A DNA stretch of 45,895 nt from Calditrichota bacterium (GTDB taxonomy: Bacteria > Calditrichota > Calditrichia > RBG-13-44-9 > J075). The position numbers were made by a program, and so were the translations under genes. The notes beneath the pieces were generated by a model. It was not told the DNA's origin and did no database searches. It saw only the letters and a list, made by a program, of their open reading frames with translations. Below, piece by piece: positions 44,782 to 45,895 of this stretch; positions within the stretch are counted from its first letter, which is position 1; every line of letters starts with the position of its first letter. The stretch spans positions 1 through 45,895 of the forward strand of contig JAJRYW010000383.1 of the NCBI GenBank assembly GCA_024275555.1, read 5' to 3'.

Positions 44782-44857
44782 AAATTTCATGGGAAACTCG
44801 TTCATCACATTCAAACAATTTCATTTTCATACTAATTCACAGGTCTATAACATACTT

Positions 44858-45313
44858 TTATTCTGTGGAGACCACCCGGTCTTTATCTTCCAGGGCTGCT
44901 TTTACGGTATGCCAGGGCAGTCCGGCGCATTTAATGCGGGAAGGAAATTCCCGCACCCCGGCCAGCACAGCCAATTTGCCCATTTTGGACAGGTCGACCG
45001 GTTTGGAGAGGTCCGAGGTGATCATTTGCTGAAACTCTGCAAAAAGCTTTTCTGCCTCCTCTAAAGTTTTCCCTTTCAGAAGCGTGGTCATCATCGATGC
45101 AGATGCTTTGGAAATGGCGCAGCCGGAGCCCTCGAAGCGGATATCCTTAATCACGCCGTCCTCGACCTGCAAATAGACGTGAATCCGGTCGCCGCAGAGG
45201 GGGTTGTAGCCTTCCGAGTCATGGTTGCATTTCTCTAATTTTCCAAAATTTTTGGGATCTTTGTTATGATCCAGAATCACTTGCTGGTACAGTTCGCGTA
45301 AGTCGTTATCCAT
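44858..45313 (-). CDS. sufU: SUF system Fe-S scaffold / sulfur acceptor SufU
   Basis: The motifs are NPLCGDRIHV, GSGCAISKASASMMT and IKCAGLPW. The start codon overlaps the sufS stop (TAATG). Confidence 0.88.
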   Translation of the reverse strand: MDNDLRELYQQVILDHNKDPKNFGKLEKCNHDSEGYNPLCGDRIHVYLQVEDGVIKDIRFEGSGCAISKASASMMTTLLKGKTLEEAEKLFAEFQQMITSDLSKPVDLSKMGKLAVLAGVREFPSRIKCAGLPWHTVKAALEDKDRVVSTE

Positions 45314-45895
45314 TATCCAAACACCTTCACAATTTCGTGTAGTGATTCCACAAGGGTATCAAATTCTTCTTTTTTATTATACATGGCAATCGATGCCCGC
45401 GAGGTGGAGGGGATTCCGAAGCGATCCATGACCGGCTGGGTGCAATGGTGCCCGGCGCGGATGGCCACGCCGTTGCGATCCACCCAGGTGCCCACATCAT
45501 GGGGGTGGATACCCTCCAGCAGGAAGGAGATCACCCCGGCTTTTTGGGGCGCTGTGCCGATAAAGCGGATTCCGGGCACCTCACTTAACGCCTCGGTTCC
45601 ATAGTCTAACAGCTCCTGCTCATAAGCATTGACAGCCTCCCGCCCCACCTTTTCCACGTAGTCCAGGGCGCTGGCCAGGCCAATCACCCCGGCAATATTG
45701 GGCGTTCCGGCTTCAAAACGATGGGGAAGCTCGCTATAAGTGGTTTTTTCGAAAGAGACCGAGCGAATCATATCTCCCCCGCCCCGGTAGGGGGGCATTT
45801 TTTCCAGAAGCGATTCTTTGGCGTAGAGCACCCCCACCCCGGTGGGGCCAAAAATTTTATGGCCGGAGAAGGCCAGGAAATCGCAATCCAACTCC
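45313..45895 (-). CDS. sufS: Cysteine desulfurase SufS, C-terminal part (5' end off-window)
   Basis: The PLP-lysine motif is FSGHKIFGPTGVGVLY and the catalytic loop is RAGHHCTQP. The reading frame is open to the window edge. Confidence 0.9.
   Translation of the reverse strand, partial: ELDCDFLAFSGHKIFGPTGVGVLYAKESLLEKMPPYRGGGDMIRSVSFEKTTYSELPHRFEAGTPNIAGVIGLASALDYVEKVGREAVNAYEQELLDYGTEALSEVPGIRFIGTAPQKAGVISFLLEGIHPHDVGTWVDRNGVAIRAGHHCTQPVMDRFGIPSTSRASIAMYNKKEEFDTLVESLHEIVKVFG

Noticed and set aside
1-45895. Window-wide check for tRNA, rRNA, CRISPR arrays, transposases/integrases, toxin-antitoxin pairs and known defence-system genes
   Set aside because: I saw no T-loop GGTTCGAATCC-type motifs, no rRNA-like stretches and no regularly spaced direct repeats outside the coding repeats at 5.8-8.3 kb. 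No recombinase or nuclease/helicase signatures are present either. The window is core-genome-like apart from 3.7-13 kb.

Overview
A 45.9 kb chromosomal window that is mostly housekeeping, from a Gram-negative bacterium. Gene content (GWxTD, DUF5683, DUF3108, GldG-type ABC system, LapA/LapB, bacilliredoxin) suggests an FCB-superphylum-like lineage; this is inference only. I support about 42 protein-coding genes, all but four on the minus strand and tightly packed. They include rplU-rpmA, rpmB, dnaA, ftsY, rimO, part of a suf Fe-S cluster (sufS-sufU plus a second SufU, a DUF59 protein and a bacilliredoxin), two sensor kinases, a Crp/Fnr regulator, an SPFH/NfeD pair, an S9 peptidase and two ABC systems. 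I found no rRNA, tRNA, CRISPR array, transposase or integrase. Several rho-independent terminators are readable, and so are sigma70-like promoters of the form TTGnnn-N16-19-TATATT. The only accessory-looking stretch is about 3.7-13 kb. Its most interesting part is a terminator-bracketed two-gene unit: a radical SAM enzyme with a SPASM/twitch-like Cys-rich tail, followed by a secreted protein built from six ~137-aa repeats of a family I do not recognise. This unit is preceded by a structured leader in which an intrinsic terminator sits between a good promoter match and the start codon. Other oddities are a ~105-bp composite palindrome between divergent genes, a ~20-35-nt intergenic motif present twice, a G-quadruplex/twin-hairpin element inside the suf cluster, and a dnaA locus without dnaN, without a strand switch and without obvious DnaA boxes. 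All family calls come from motif recognition by eye and no searches were run.
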